Shown piece by piece: positions 26,888 through 39,590 of a DNA stretch of 64,000 nt. A program made the translations under genes and the position numbers. The DNA comes from Paraphysomonas bandaiensis. Its lineage: Eukaryota; Protista; Chrysophyceae. The stretch lies in the NCBI GenBank assembly GCA_965644295.1, contig CBFFRP010000172.1:2326-66325 (forward strand), written 5' to 3'. Each line of letters begins with the position of its first letter. The stretch's first letter is position 1. The notes beneath the pieces were generated by a model. That model searched no databases and was not told the origin of the DNA. It worked only from the letters and a program-made list of their open reading frames with translations.

Positions 26888-26949
26888 ATGTGTGTATGTA
26901 TGTATGTATGTATGTATGTATGTATGTATGTATGTATGTATGTATGTAC

Positions 26950-26980
<31 letters not shown>

Positions 26981-27025
26981 TGTATGTATGTATGTATGTA
27001 TGTATGTATGTATGTATGTATGTAC

Positions 27026-27056
<31 letters not shown>

Positions 27057-27137
27057 TGTATGTATGTATGTATGTATGTATGTATGTATGTATGTATGTA
27101 TGTATGTATGTATGTATGTATGTATGTATGTATGTAC

Positions 27138-27168
<31 letters not shown>

Positions 27169-27277
27169 TGTATGTATGTATGTATGTATGTATGTATGTA
27201 TGTATGTATGTATGTATGTATGTATGTATGTATGTATGTATGTATGTATGTATGTATGTATGTATGTATGTATGTAC

Positions 27278-27308
<31 letters not shown>

Positions 27309-27329
27309 TGTATGTATGTATGTATGTAC

Positions 27330-27360
<31 letters not shown>

Positions 27361-27369
27361 TGTATGTAC

Positions 27370-27400
<31 letters not shown>

Positions 27401-27441
27401 TGTATGTATGTATGTATGTATGTATGTATGTATGTATGTAC

Positions 27442-27472
<31 letters not shown>

Positions 27473-27473
27473 C

Positions 27474-27504
<31 letters not shown>

Positions 27505-27565
27505 TGTATGTATGTATGTATGTATGTAGGTAGGTAGGTAGGTAGGTAGGTAGGTATGTACGTAG
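26888..27565. repeat. ~670-bp (TATG)n microsatellite with periodic TACA interruptions, ending in (TAGG)n
   Basis: Seen directly; source of six spurious YIHT/MYVC ORFs. Confidence 0.98.
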
Positions 27566-27694
27566 GTAAGTGTCGATAGGTACTGTGTTTTCGTGTAGGA
27601 GTATGTCCACTATTTAAATGAGTGTGTTGTATAGTGGCCATCTGAATGTTGCATTCCACAATACTGCACACCCGGCTGTAAAATAAGTCAGTCA

Positions 27695-30600
27695 ATGGAT
27701 TTTTATTATCTCTTCTTATTAGCATGTGCTGTCTGTCTCTGTCAGTGTTCAGATACTCCCAATCCCTATGAGATCTATCTACAGGGCCAGCACAGTCAGT
27801 ACACTCTGCATGATCCATCTACAGCCCTCTATTTATACAATAAAGCCCATGAAATCATATCTCTCTCCAATGATAATATTCAATACGACTACAGTGGCAT
27901 GTATAATGACATCGGTGTGCTGAGAATGAACAGCGGGGAACTGGAACTAGCCGCAGAGGCCTTTCAGATGGCCATATCTCTCAATGACCAGTGTATCAAT
28001 GCATACAGTAATTTAGCCGGTTTAAAGGCGAAATTTGGAGATTTTAATGGAGCGGAATACTTATATCGTGTTGCTATTGGGGTTTCGGGGGCTCCAGCGG
28101 AGTTGTATTACAACTACGGCGTTTTCTTGTAAGTAAATGGAGTAATTGTCCTCTGTTATTTAATAGTTCACAGAGTTGAATTAGGGCGACTTGAAGAAGC
28201 AAAAGATATGTATAAAGCCGCACTGCAGGTACCATTATCGTCATCACGAAATGTCGTTCGATGTGTTGTCCGCATGATATGAGTGTACATCTGTAGAGAA
28301 AAAACGATTTGGTTCCTGCTCTGGGAGCTTTAGCCTTGGAGTCATGCAGGGAGGGCAATTGGACTGCAGCGAATGAGTTTTACGAGGTATCATTGGTTTT
28401 TATTAAATTGTTTCAACTTTTTTAATGCTACGGTCTAGATAGCGAAAGTTCGAGCCCACATGATGCAGGATACTCCAACCTATAACAGCCTTGTTCTGCA
28501 ACAAGCGCTGGGAGTTATTCCCCATTTTTTTGTTTCAAAGGAACAAGCTGATGATGTTCGTCGAACTTATTTAAGAAACTTATATGGTGCTATTCAGGAG
28601 CTTCCCATTGATAGTATTGTGTCACCAATTGAGTCCTTGGGATGCTCCTCTATTGGATACTATCTTATATACCAAGGTTGTATTTATACCAGATGATATG
28701 GGAGTGTTGGTTATACGGTTTTATAGGCTACAATGACTTGATCCCACGTCAGTTGTTGGCTTTTCTCTATTCCCGCGTGTCATTAACTTACATCTACGAC
28801 TACCCTGCATCTCTCAACTTGCCGGCCTTTAACAACGTAGTACAGCAGCCACATATTTCGAGAAGATTGTATGAATCTGTCTGTACTGAACCAAGTAAAG
28901 TGGTCCGTAGTGACGACCGAATCAAAGTAGGTTTTATGTCAGCGTTTTTCTATCATCATTCAGTGGGACTTCTACTGCAAGGAGTCATCAAAAACATTCG
29001 TAGTGACCTGTTTCATAAGACACTGATTCTTATTCAACGTGGCTCAGACGACGTCACTGAGAAGCTGATCCGATCGTGCGATATCACTGTGCGCCTTGAT
29101 CAGACACGCGTATCCGCAAGGGACCTACAGCATCATCGCCAGCGTATTCGATCGTATGATCTAGACGTACTTGTATTCGGTTTGTTATTTTACTTTTCCG
29201 TATATTTTCACATTCCGTCATAATAGGTGAAATTGGCATGGATACAATGACATATTTTTTATCCTTTTCTCAACTTGCGAGAAGATCTATTGTTTTTTGG
29301 GGACATGCCATTACATCAGGAGTTCTTGACTACCCCTCCCTGTATGGTCACTTGAGTAATGAAACGGGAGATGGGGGTTGCTGGAGCAGAGGGGGGCCAG
29401 ACTATTTCGTATCATCGGTTTTGTTTGAGAAGAATCGTTCGCAGCTGAGGTATACGGAGCGACTTCTGCTTCAAGAGGTATAAATGTGCTGCTGAGATCA
29501 CTCACCCGTTTTTGATCTGTATACCAATTGTCGTTTCCATTCTGCAGGGTATGACAACGTATTTTGAACGCCCTCTTCCTCCATTACGGTACGATGTGCT
29601 TGGTTTACCCCCACTTGGCGCACATGACTCACAGTTTGCAAGCGCACCACCTGGACTATCATGGAGAGCAACTCTCCCTGACAAAATGTCTTTTTTGAAC
29701 TTGATGCTGAGTTCACCGTCTCATGCAATCGAGAAAACTGTGGACAATGTTGAACACCATTTGCGTGAACTTGGACTGAATCGTAGCGACGTCAATTTAT
29801 ATGGTGTCCCTCAGGTGCTAATGGTTGAAATGCCTACGTACTGTGTTACTTATATTTTGTTTCTCATATAGACATTGTACAAACTGTCCCCCACGATGAC
29901 TGCATTGATAGCACGTGTCTTGTTGTCCGATCCACACGGACTCCTTGTGATTCCTGATGGGCAGGTATTGATCAGTAAATCATACTCACACTTTTAATGC
30001 TTATGTGCAGGACGGAACTCTCGTTCGCATAGCAAAGAGTTTAATGAGAAAACAATACGGGGAGTCTTTATTTCATCGAGTGCTTTTTGTGCGCACCATG
30101 ACAGTATGTACCATTCAATATTAAAATGTGAACAACATAACAGAACATTCTAGGGCCAGGAATTCATTACTCTATGCGCTGTGTTCGACGTAGTCCTTGA
30201 CACTTTTCCTGTTGGAGGGGGGAGGTGATAAATATTTTTGACGTAGTGTATTGTATATACAACCAATGCCATCCATGCAGTCAATTGAGTAAGCTCTCAT
30301 TATGCAGGTCATCTTTCGAGATATTTTCGACAGGAACTCCTATTGTCTTGTTGTACCCACATACATCTATTCTCGAGCTGACATACGGTACCTATGTACT
30401 GAATGTTTACTCTTTGCATTCATAACGTTTTTAAAGGCATGTACGAAACGATGGGAATTACCTGCGATCATTGTATTACTTACTCAGAAGGTGGTTGGCT
30501 GTAGATATATGGCTTCATCTTTAAAACTCGTGTTGCGTAGACGATTTTGTTCGATCTTCTGTTGCCGTGGCATCAAACCGCACTCTCCAAACTGAGCTAC

Positions 30601-32527
30601 GCCAGAAGATTTTAAGTAACAATTATAGGTTGTACGAGAATGCATCCGTCATAGAAGAGTGGAATGACATGCTCCTTTACGTTGCGAATTCTCCGAGACC
30701 AATGCCTTTTCAAGATGAATCCGTGAAACATCATATTGTGGCAAGTGTCAGTGATAGAGACATTGAACACGATATCAAGAATCTGAAGAAATATGACTTC
30801 GTGGATTCTGAAAATGTGACTGCGATAGATTTAGCGCTATCAGTTCCTTTCAGTGAGCCTGCTGTTCGGCTTAAAGACTGTATTACTTCAAGAACAGCTA
30901 TATTTAACAATAAAGATTATTCCCAACCCAATGACAAAGGGAGTTCATTGTGGATAAGTAATTCTCATGGAAAACACCAGAGTCGTGATATTCCAACGCC
31001 AAATGTCACTGTCGCTGTTGGGTTTATTCTTGGGTACTCACCTTATGTGAAAGAGAGAAAGGGCCACACAGTGAGAGATGATGAGGTTTCCAATTATTTC
31101 GCCTCAGCTGTTAGGAGTGTCGAAGCTGCGCTTGGACACAATATTCCCGGTGGTAACGTCAAAGAGGTAGATCTACGTGAAAATATTTTCAACTGCGTTA
31201 ATTGTCATTCCTATTGTAATCTGTAGGTCCTTGCTGTGGATGATGGTTTGTCCGGATTCACCGCCGCCGAACGTATTGCTTTGTCTACTATGTACCCACG
31301 GTTCACATTTGTTTTCGAGGTATTTCCTATTAAACTATGGATTTGTTATTATGATTGATCATCACTATGCTGGCAATGTGGCACAGAGCACTGTGAGCCG
31401 CAAAGGGCAGCCGAACCAAATTCGTGCAGGACTAAATGCTCTAAACTCGCTGATTAAATTGTCAACGTCAACGTTAGTCTATCTATGCTGATTACGGTTT
31501 TTCTGTGGTATAATTATAACGCAGGTATTTGCTCGTAGTCCCCCCTTACTATCGCGTTAAGATGGCGTCATTTGGTTTGAATTTCCTAAATGGTGCCATT
31601 CACGCGCTTCGATCATTTGAATTTGGCTCATACCGGTGTGAGACAATGTCTTGTCAGAATGAAACTGTGGTGAGGCAGGCAGCTCATATAGTTCTTCTGA
31701 AGCAGCAAGCGCACGGCGAGCGATCAAAAAGCAGTGAAAATCAATACTCCTTTTATAGATCTTCGTTGGATCTGTGCAATAGAGTGGAAGAGTATTTAGC
31801 GTCTGTGGGTAGATATTTAGCATTGGAATGTCCCGGCTATCCAATGGCTCCAAATTGTTCTGGTGGGTATATGCCTTCTGATAGAAATATTTCGTCGCCA
31901 TCACGTGACACAACTATATCGCGCCAGCCCTTAATTGAAGGGTATATGGAGAGCACTTTGAAATTTGTGTGTGATGGGCTTTCAGCATCCGACCACATTA
32001 CCTCTTTCTGCGCCCAAGTGTACAACTATTCTCACCTAAATACTTTTATCCGGTATCATGCTTCGAATATATTGAATCACGGTACGATTGATGAATATGT
32101 CAAAGGCGTGGTCGTCGACACCATGCGGTACATTTATACCGTCCCCTCTGTGTGGGACATTGATGCACTTGCACATATTGTGCTGGATGGAGAAAATCAA
32201 TACAGACTATCGTCGAATTATACCACAGATAGGAAGCTGACGAAATCAGATTTTATTGCCACGAAACGCTCTTCAAAATTGCACACCAGTGCCGGTTTAA
32301 GCAAGTCGAAAAGGCGGGTGGATTGGAAAACTCACAGAAGAGCAGCAGTAGTGTTCGACAGGGAAGACGCGGTCAAGTACGTCATGCCGCCAGAGAAGAG
32401 CAGTTTCTCTGGGAAAGAATGGGACAAGTATCATTCCAATGGAGGGAACAGGTTTGCGCTACGTTTACTCTCAACAGGGGTTAGAATCGCATACTTTGCT
32501 CGCGACGACGTATTCGAAGTTTACTAG
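27695..32527 (+). CDS. Signal-peptide TPR protein with SPINDLY/OGT-like (GT41) glycosyltransferase domain and long C-terminal extension, many exons
   Basis: Signal-like N-terminus MDFYYLFLLACAVCLCQC. TPRs (YNDIGVL, AYSNLAGL, YYNYGVFL). RIKVGFMSAFFYHHSVG, LDVLVFGEIGMD, VFWGHAITSG and DVVLDTFPVGGG(R)SSFEIFSTGTP. Whether 31529-32527 belongs to the same transcript is less certain. Confidence 0.75.
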
Positions 32528-32988
32528 ATTTCACCTAGGCGGCTAAGAAGAGATAAGAAGTGTCATAACACATTGTTGTCTGAATAGAAGTATTTTCTGT
32601 GCTAGCTTCAAGAATAGCTACCTGTCGAAAATAGTATAGGCATCACTGTTGATATTTTTTGTAGATAATTAACCATTATTACATCGTTATATATTACTGT
32701 GAAACGTGACACAATTCGATTTGGTAATGAATCGGTGCCTTGTGTCCAGTGAAAAACTTCTTGAAGTGGTCGTTGCATATTTATCAAAGACATGCTGTTG
32801 ATTGATAACTGTGAAATATTTATAATATATTATATGGTGCTGCATTCAGATTCCATGTAAACATTAGCCCACATCAGTGGGTCTCAGGAAGAGTTCCTAT
32901 ATATATATATATATATAATATATATATACAGGTAGAACTGTGTGATAGCTAATAATTGTTTATTAATTGACCAGTAGTGAATGTCTGA

Positions 32989-33064
32989 TTATTTAGCAAT
33001 AGGCGTTGAGACGAATATTAATTGACCCCCCACAAAGTCGGACTCGCACCTTTTCGTGGTTTTC
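32989..33064. repeat. Dispersed repeat fragment joining two terminal motifs of the 44938/49319 family
   Basis: tatttagcaataggcgtt matches ~44939. cacaaagtcggactcgcaccttttcgtggt is close to the reverse complement of 49719-49760. Confidence 0.6.
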
Positions 33065-33404
33065 AACAATCATTTCATTCCTAAGGTGATGATTCATGCG
33101 TAATAATCTAAATGCCGAGGGGTCAATCTTTAACTAACTACATGTAGTAATTCTTAGGATTATATGTACGCACTTGAATTATTCCTTGCCAGACACAAAT
33201 TGATGGTATTAAAAATACTCCAATTAATTGAAGCAGATTATAGCCCACTAGAGATGACATTGCTACTTGATGTCCCAATTTTAATTAATGAAATCTCGAT
33301 AATTGGCAATTATTTGTTTTCTCAGCCCTTCTATAGCTGACTCACCTATGTACATATATGAGTTAAATCAAAGATAAGATGCTGCAGGTGACGATATGCA
33401 GCAT

Positions 33405-33548
33405 TGGATGACTTCCGCAACTGACACAAACACGAAAAAATACATTTTGTGTCGTTTTTTTTGCGACGTACTTTGCGACGCAATTTATGACGGACTTTGT
33501 GACTCGTGACACGACACAAAAAAATACGCCGTTCGTGGAAGTCATCCA
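33405..33548. repeat. Imperfect ~144-bp palindrome (MITE-like)
   Basis: Outer arms tggatgacttcc / ggaagtcatcca; inner arms cacgaa...ttttgtgtcgt / acgacacaaaa...ttcgtg. Confidence 0.6.
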
Positions 33549-34116
33549 TTAGCAGATATTTAAATAGTACATGACAAGCGAAGAGAATAATGATATACGC
33601 CTATATAGGAGATTTTATGAAGCTGTTGAAAGGCATTGGCAATATAATAGGTTATAGCTTGTAGAAACTTCCTTGTTATATGAACCTTGAAGTCATGAAA
33701 ACAGGTTTATGAATACAACTGCTTACTGTTACCTTCATATCAGTAAGTACTGTCTAATAAGCAATCGCTATAGTAGGCCCAGTCATCTCAAAAAAGTGTG
33801 GGTTAATTAAACTATTATCGAACTAAGTTTTAACTTCCTCAATTTACGACGCTCACAGACAATATATTCTTTCTGTATTTCAAACCCTCTGAAATGCACA
33901 TTGCATCATTACTTCACAGTATATGATCTAAGTATGCACACCCATGAAAATCGTTGAGTGTGGCTATATATTCGCACACCATATGCAGTGTCTAAAACAC
34001 CACCTATAGATTTCCGTTTTCCTCGTTAACAGCGATGTCAAGCTCGCTTGGGTTTCGCGCCATTGTTGTCGCTACATCATAAAATCAATGTCATTCGATA
34101 TGCGACTGCTGTAATT

Positions 34117-36510
34117 CTACTTACATATTGACGTCAGTATTTTTACTACACTGACGAGTGTACACGGCTTTACTATGACATCATTTGCCCCAGAAGCCAT
34201 AAACCGGTCAATATCTTCAGGTGTTACATTTCCAGTCAGAAAAACTATCATTCCTTGGTACCCCAAGCCACGAATACACACAGTGGCATCTGTTCCACAC
34301 ATCTCAGGCATTGTAGCATCCATGAATATTAAATCAAAGGGAGACCCAGCTCCAATTGATTCCCGAACTTTCGACACTGCTACCATACCATTTTCTGCTT
34401 CTGATATTTGACCAACTCTTGGTTGTATCAAGCGTTTCAGCATTTTTCGATTTACAGCAGAGTCGTCAACTACGAGAACTCTAATATTGTTGGCAACACT
34501 AGGGATGGCTTCTACACTTTGTTCGTCAGTCTCATGGGACAACATTCTAGTGACTTGATCCTTCACAACTAATTCAGAAGCAGGCTTAGGAGCTACATCT
34601 AGTTCCACGTAAAACATCGATCCTTTTCCTGGCTCAGACTTGACCCCTATGCGCCCCCCATGCAGATCCACAATCTTTTTAGAAACTACAGTACACCGCA
34701 CTTAGAAAACAGCAAACACTAATACAGATAACTTACTCCACAATCCTATACCAGACCCCCCACCATTCTGCAGCTGAGCAGCATCAAACTGAACGATTTC
34801 ACCAAAAAGCTTCTGTTGGTTCGGCTGGCACATAGTTAATCAAATACGCACAGAAACAACTACAAGTTACCTTGGAGATTCCAACGCCGGTATCGTGGAC
34901 CTCGATCCGTAGTGTGTCGAAGTCCTCAACATTATTAGAGGAAGATATATCTGTGGCTTTGTCCACACATGGCGGAGAAATCAACAAGCTCAAATTTGAA
35001 TCTGTAGTTTGAACAGGTCCTGATATCTTATGTGTGAGATACGCATACACATCCACTTTGCCCTCCGCTGGAGTGAACTTCAGTGCATTAGAGATGAGGT
35101 TGCGAAGCACTTGACTGATCTTTCGATAATCAGCATTTACATGAATACCATTCTTCTTGAGAGCTGGATCGATATGAGTCTCTCCAGCATGAGTATACGC
35201 GACTTGTTTCTGTCGAGCCTATACATATATTAGGCAGATACCATAAACTAGATTTAAATACACCTGCACACCAAAGGGGTCAGCTACATCTTGAATTAGA
35301 TCGGCGGCAGGGATATACTCTCTTTCCAGTATAACATTACCAGCCTCCAGCTTATTGGCCATCAAGAATTCGTCCAGTATTTCAATGGCCACTCGACAGG
35401 AGATGTCAATATCATCGAGAATGCCTCTAACATCTGAATTGCCGCGAATCCCTCCGGAGTATTCTTTGGCCAGCAGCTGAATGCCCATATATACAGCGTT
35501 GAGAGGTGTGCGAATCTCGTGAGACATATAACTCACATAGTCTCGTTTGGACTTAATAATGTGCTGACAGAATACAGTCAGGACATATATTACATTTACC
35601 ATCATACAATACATACCTCGGCAATTGTCTTGTCGTGCCTTGCCTGCCTCCCTGGGATGGTTGTCGCAAGAATGCAAATGAAAACGTCAACTAATCCAGA
35701 TGCGGACAAATCATTGGTCACAAGCAGAGAGATATACTTCAGCACAATATTGAGAGTGAAAAGTGCAGGGTAGAAAGTAGCATACGCAGCATCTGATTTT
35801 GCAGTTGGGGGAGATTTCATCATCTTGTGCCAACGAAGCATCACAATGCCACCGACAATTATAGCCGTGGCAATGGATATCGCGCGACCAATGGTATTCC
35901 ACGAGTATGTCACTATATCAGGTCGAAATGGTCTCCATAAAAAAGTTTGCAATCCAAACATGGTCATCGCCCACACAGTACCCACAACTACAACAGTTTT
36001 CCACGAACAATTATCATACAATAGAAAACTCAATAACGTCCCTCGTAGTAACGTTTCGCGTGTGCACATTCCAATAAAAGCAAACGATGTAGCACTCGAA
36101 TCGTTTCCTATCAAATATGCAATATACGTCATCATCCCAGGTAATGATAGGGATATCACAATCAAGTATCGTGGAAGCGTATGTCTTAATGGCATTCGAA
36201 AATCTAATAAAGTATCGAGAGTCATCGGCAGTGATGTAAAAAATGTAGCAATAAGAGAAGCGTAGAGCAATTGTCCATTACTGACTTGAATAGCGTCAAA
36301 CAATTGAGCCTCTGAATATTCTTGATGCATTAATATGGGTAAGAAAACCAATAGAGTTGATATGATTGTTAATAATATGCATATCTCACGAGGATATAAT
36401 CCAAATAAACGATATCGTCGACGTTTCATTGGGAAACAGTTGAATTTGTCCAAGTAATGAGGAGTGTTTCTCACCATATGAGGCGCAGTCTCCACTGCAA
36501 CTATGGACAT
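34117..36510 (-). CDS. Membrane-bound hybrid histidine kinase (TM sensor, HisKA, HATPase_c, receiver)
   Basis: About 7-8 hydrophobic segments. H-box YMSHEIRTPLN, N-box RNLISNALKFT, G1 DTGVGIS, G2 GGSGIGL, LHGGRIGVKSEPGKGSMF. Receiver VVDD, IFMDATMP and KP. Confidence 0.92.
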
Positions 36511-37044
36511 ATATATATACTGCCTTCAATGGAACAGAAATTGAGAATAGAGGTGTAGCATTGTATATCTGCAGCAGTGTACATGCATGTAGGGTATGGT
36601 GTCCATCAGTCGCTTGCACAGACATGAACATACCCTGCTGCTGCTGTTCTGTATGTGCTGCTGTATCTCTTGTAACGTCGTATGAGAGGGAAAACTCAAG
36701 GGCAAACTACGGCTGTATATATTATAAATACATGTCCATTTGTCCACCTACAACATACACTATATATACAGTTCTATATACACATGCAGCACAGTCAATC
36801 CATCTCCCAGAGTATATAGAAATGTGGGTACCTATTTTTTGCAGTAGGAATTCCTAGTGGGCTGGGTGTATGTACACCACCTATACGCACGTACAGTACC
36901 TATCCAGCAGTATACAGCAGCAGACTCTGGACATGTGACACATGGGCATCATTACATAACCCACAGCATACTGTGATTATGCATTCAATTGTGGGCCACC
37001 AGCGCAATTGTTAATTCTGTACAGGTGTTGATTGTAGTATCAAT

Positions 37045-38304
37045 ATGAGCGGGCCTGTATGTGGTTCTTTCCATTTAAATCTGATATATATCAATGTTGT
37101 GCTGTACGCACTGTGCTTCCAGCTACAGCGACCTGTTGAGCCTTTCATGGTGGAGCAACTTGGAATTAACAGTGACTCTTCTGGAGAATATGCAAGACTG
37201 CAGTCATTTTTTTCTATAATGCAGATGATGGGTTCACTTTGCTTTGGAATATTGCTTGATCGCTTGGGATCCAAAGGAGGATTTATATTGTCGTTTGTTG
37301 CCTCTGCTTTGTGCTATACTTTGATAGCTCATGCTGACTCGATATTCATGCTTTATATGTCCAAAATTCCTACTATATTTCAAGGGGGGTTTTTGTGTGC
37401 TCAAGCGGCTGTGGCTGAATTCACTCCTGACGGTGAAGAACGTGTGCGCGCACTTGGGCGACTGACAGTTGCCTACACAGTGGGGTCAGTTATAGGTCCA
37501 GCATTGGGAGGGTACTTGGGTTCTGCTGGAAATTATTATATCGGTGCTAATGTTGCTGTTGCGGGGTCCTTGCTTTCGATTTTGCTCTGTCTCCTCATGC
37601 CAACATCCAGCGCCGAACAGCGTAATGATGATAGCAAGCCGGAGACAGGATCTCGCAGCAACTTCGATGGTATTATGGGCGTTGTCAAGAGTGTATGGCC
37701 ACTTCTATGCGCAAAAACAATTACATCAGTTGGGAATTCCATGGCAGCAGCTACCCTACCTCTGGTGTTGAAGAACACTTACGGCTTCAATGAACAAGGG
37801 CTTGGGACATCTATGTCTGTTATATCAGGGTTCAATGCTCTTGTGAACGGTGTATTACTGGCCCCAATAGTTGCATTTCATGGGGGAGGTTTGGTTAGGG
37901 TGATTCGTAATTGCTTGATTGGGATGACACTTCTTTACCTGCTACAGTTTATTGTTGTGGGAGCTATATTAGATGGCATGCCTCTCATTCTATCTGGTGC
38001 CTATCCTTTCCTAGTAACTTGTGTGTTTCTAAGTATGCATCAGTACGTACTATCTACTGTTATTACTGCTGAGTCTACTGCATTGGTTGATGAAAGTGCC
38101 AAAGGTACACTTCTTGGGCTGGAGCACTCCTTATTCGCTGCAGCTAGAATTGTGTCGCCCCAACTAGGTGTGTTAATTTTACAGGCAGCAGGTATTCAAG
38201 GTGTTAGTGGGGCTTGTTGTGGTGTCTTTTTTTCTGTATACATCGGGTGGACGTTGACACATATTCCTGAAACGTCTTGCAAAGGAGAAAAGAAAGAACA
38301 TTAG
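37045..38304 (+). CDS. MFS transporter (TetA/SLC22A18-like)
   Basis: About 12 hydrophobic segments, motif A GILLDRLGSK, and ERVRALG...GSVIGPALGGYL. Intronless, 419 aa. Confidence 0.9.
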   Translation: MSGPVCGSFHLNLIYINVVLYALCFQLQRPVEPFMVEQLGINSDSSGEYARLQSFFSIMQMMGSLCFGILLDRLGSKGGFILSFVASALCYTLIAHADSIFMLYMSKIPTIFQGGFLCAQAAVAEFTPDGEERVRALGRLTVAYTVGSVIGPALGGYLGSAGNYYIGANVAVAGSLLSILLCLLMPTSSAEQRNDDSKPETGSRSNFDGIMGVVKSVWPLLCAKTITSVGNSMAAATLPLVLKNTYGFNEQGLGTSMSVISGFNALVNGVLLAPIVAFHGGGLVRVIRNCLIGMTLLYLLQFIVVGAILDGMPLILSGAYPFLVTCVFLSMHQYVLSTVITAESTALVDESAKGTLLGLEHSLFAAARIVSPQLGVLILQAAGIQGVSGACCGVFFSVYIGWTLTHIPETSCKGEKKEH

Positions 38305-38600
38305 GGTTAGATATACGGGTAAATTATTTCGGGAAATACATCATTGCAATTGTTGTGCATGAGGTAGTATAACTCATGTACATTAGCTTTGACGAATATA
38401 ACTCCTGGTGCATAATACAGACGGGAATTAGGCCTATGTTGAGGTGGTAGTGCATAATATTTTTGAAATAAATAATCGTCGCATTTTTTTCTGGAACCAA
38501 ACTAACGACTACTATAGGTCAGAAAATTACGAAAACTAGCACGCTGCCTATACTCTGTGTGTTTGGGCATATCGAAGTTGCATAACACATACATCTACCT

Positions 38601-39590
38601 CAGGGATAGGGAACAATATATTGCAATACTATTGTTAGATAGCGACGCTATCGTTCTTAGTTTACAAGAACATATATAGCGTTCCGCCAATAGTATTGAT
38701 GGAGTTTTTTAAACCGGCCCAACAATTGTAGTGCTATTAAACATTAATCAGAAAAGCACAAGTCATTAAGATTTAAAATCGCATGACAATCACACCCACT
38801 GTTGGAAATTGCTCATTCTTAAGTAGATCTCAGAGAGAATTTGTCGTTAGACTAGATAGATGTACTAATATCGTTTATACGAAGTTGTGATAAACAACAC
38901 AAACTCATTTTGTTCCATGCATAATCTCCTACATATGTGAACCTCTCGTTACTAAACATATCTTGAAAGATCAAACTATAGGGAACATTGTCTTCAAGTG
39001 ACATACTGAATATACTAGAATAAGATCCATATTTTAATACCCACTACTGCTTAGCTAAAAACTATTTTCCTCATACTCATCCTGAGTCATCATCCTCGGT
39101 GACGTCAACATCACAATATTCATTCAAAATAATTTGAAATATTCTTGCATCGATTAGTTTTCAGAAACAGCATATTTAGTATTTAGTGTAGTAAGATGCA
39201 TACGTTTGCGCAACGCTGATACAATAAGTTTAGCTGCGCTGAACAGGACGTTCACATGTGTTAGATGTACATACTACACCACCCTTGCGCCTGTACTTAG
39301 ATATTTCAACTTTCGTTTCTTAATTTTTGAGCTGACTGAAGAAATTTTTCCGCATAGCCAACATCAGCTTTATCACCCTCTGTATTGTTGCAATCACTGT
39401 CAGAACATGGATTTATGTTTATATACATGGACTTATATTTTGCACCCTACAGTTAAGAAGCTCTCGATATATATATAGATTGCAATATATTGTGAGCTAC
39501 TTTAACAGAAACAATATTGATGGAATTTTTGGTTGGCCCACCAATCAATATAATTTACAATATATTGCAATATATGGTTCCCTATCCCTG
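38601..39590. mobile_element. Non-autonomous hAT element, family 1, copy B (older, carries an insertion)
   Basis: TIRs cagggatagggaacaatatattgcaata / tattgcaatatatggttccctatccctg. TSD atctacct/atcttcct (7/8). Interior homologous to copy A. Confidence 0.88.
38800..39039. mobile_element. Probable solo LTR (240 bp) nested in hAT copy B
   Basis: Segment is absent from copies A and C. It starts TGTTGGAA, ends TTTTAATA, and is flanked by a 5-bp direct repeat CCCAC (38795-38799, 39040-39044). Confidence 0.65.

Noticed and set aside
27526-27565. (TAGG)n as an interstitial telomeric repeat
   Set aside because: A 4-bp unit derived from the adjacent TATG tract, not TTAGGG or TTTAGGG.
26833-27818. ORFs of YIHT/MYVC repeats
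   Set aside because: Translation artefacts of the (TATG)n microsatellite.
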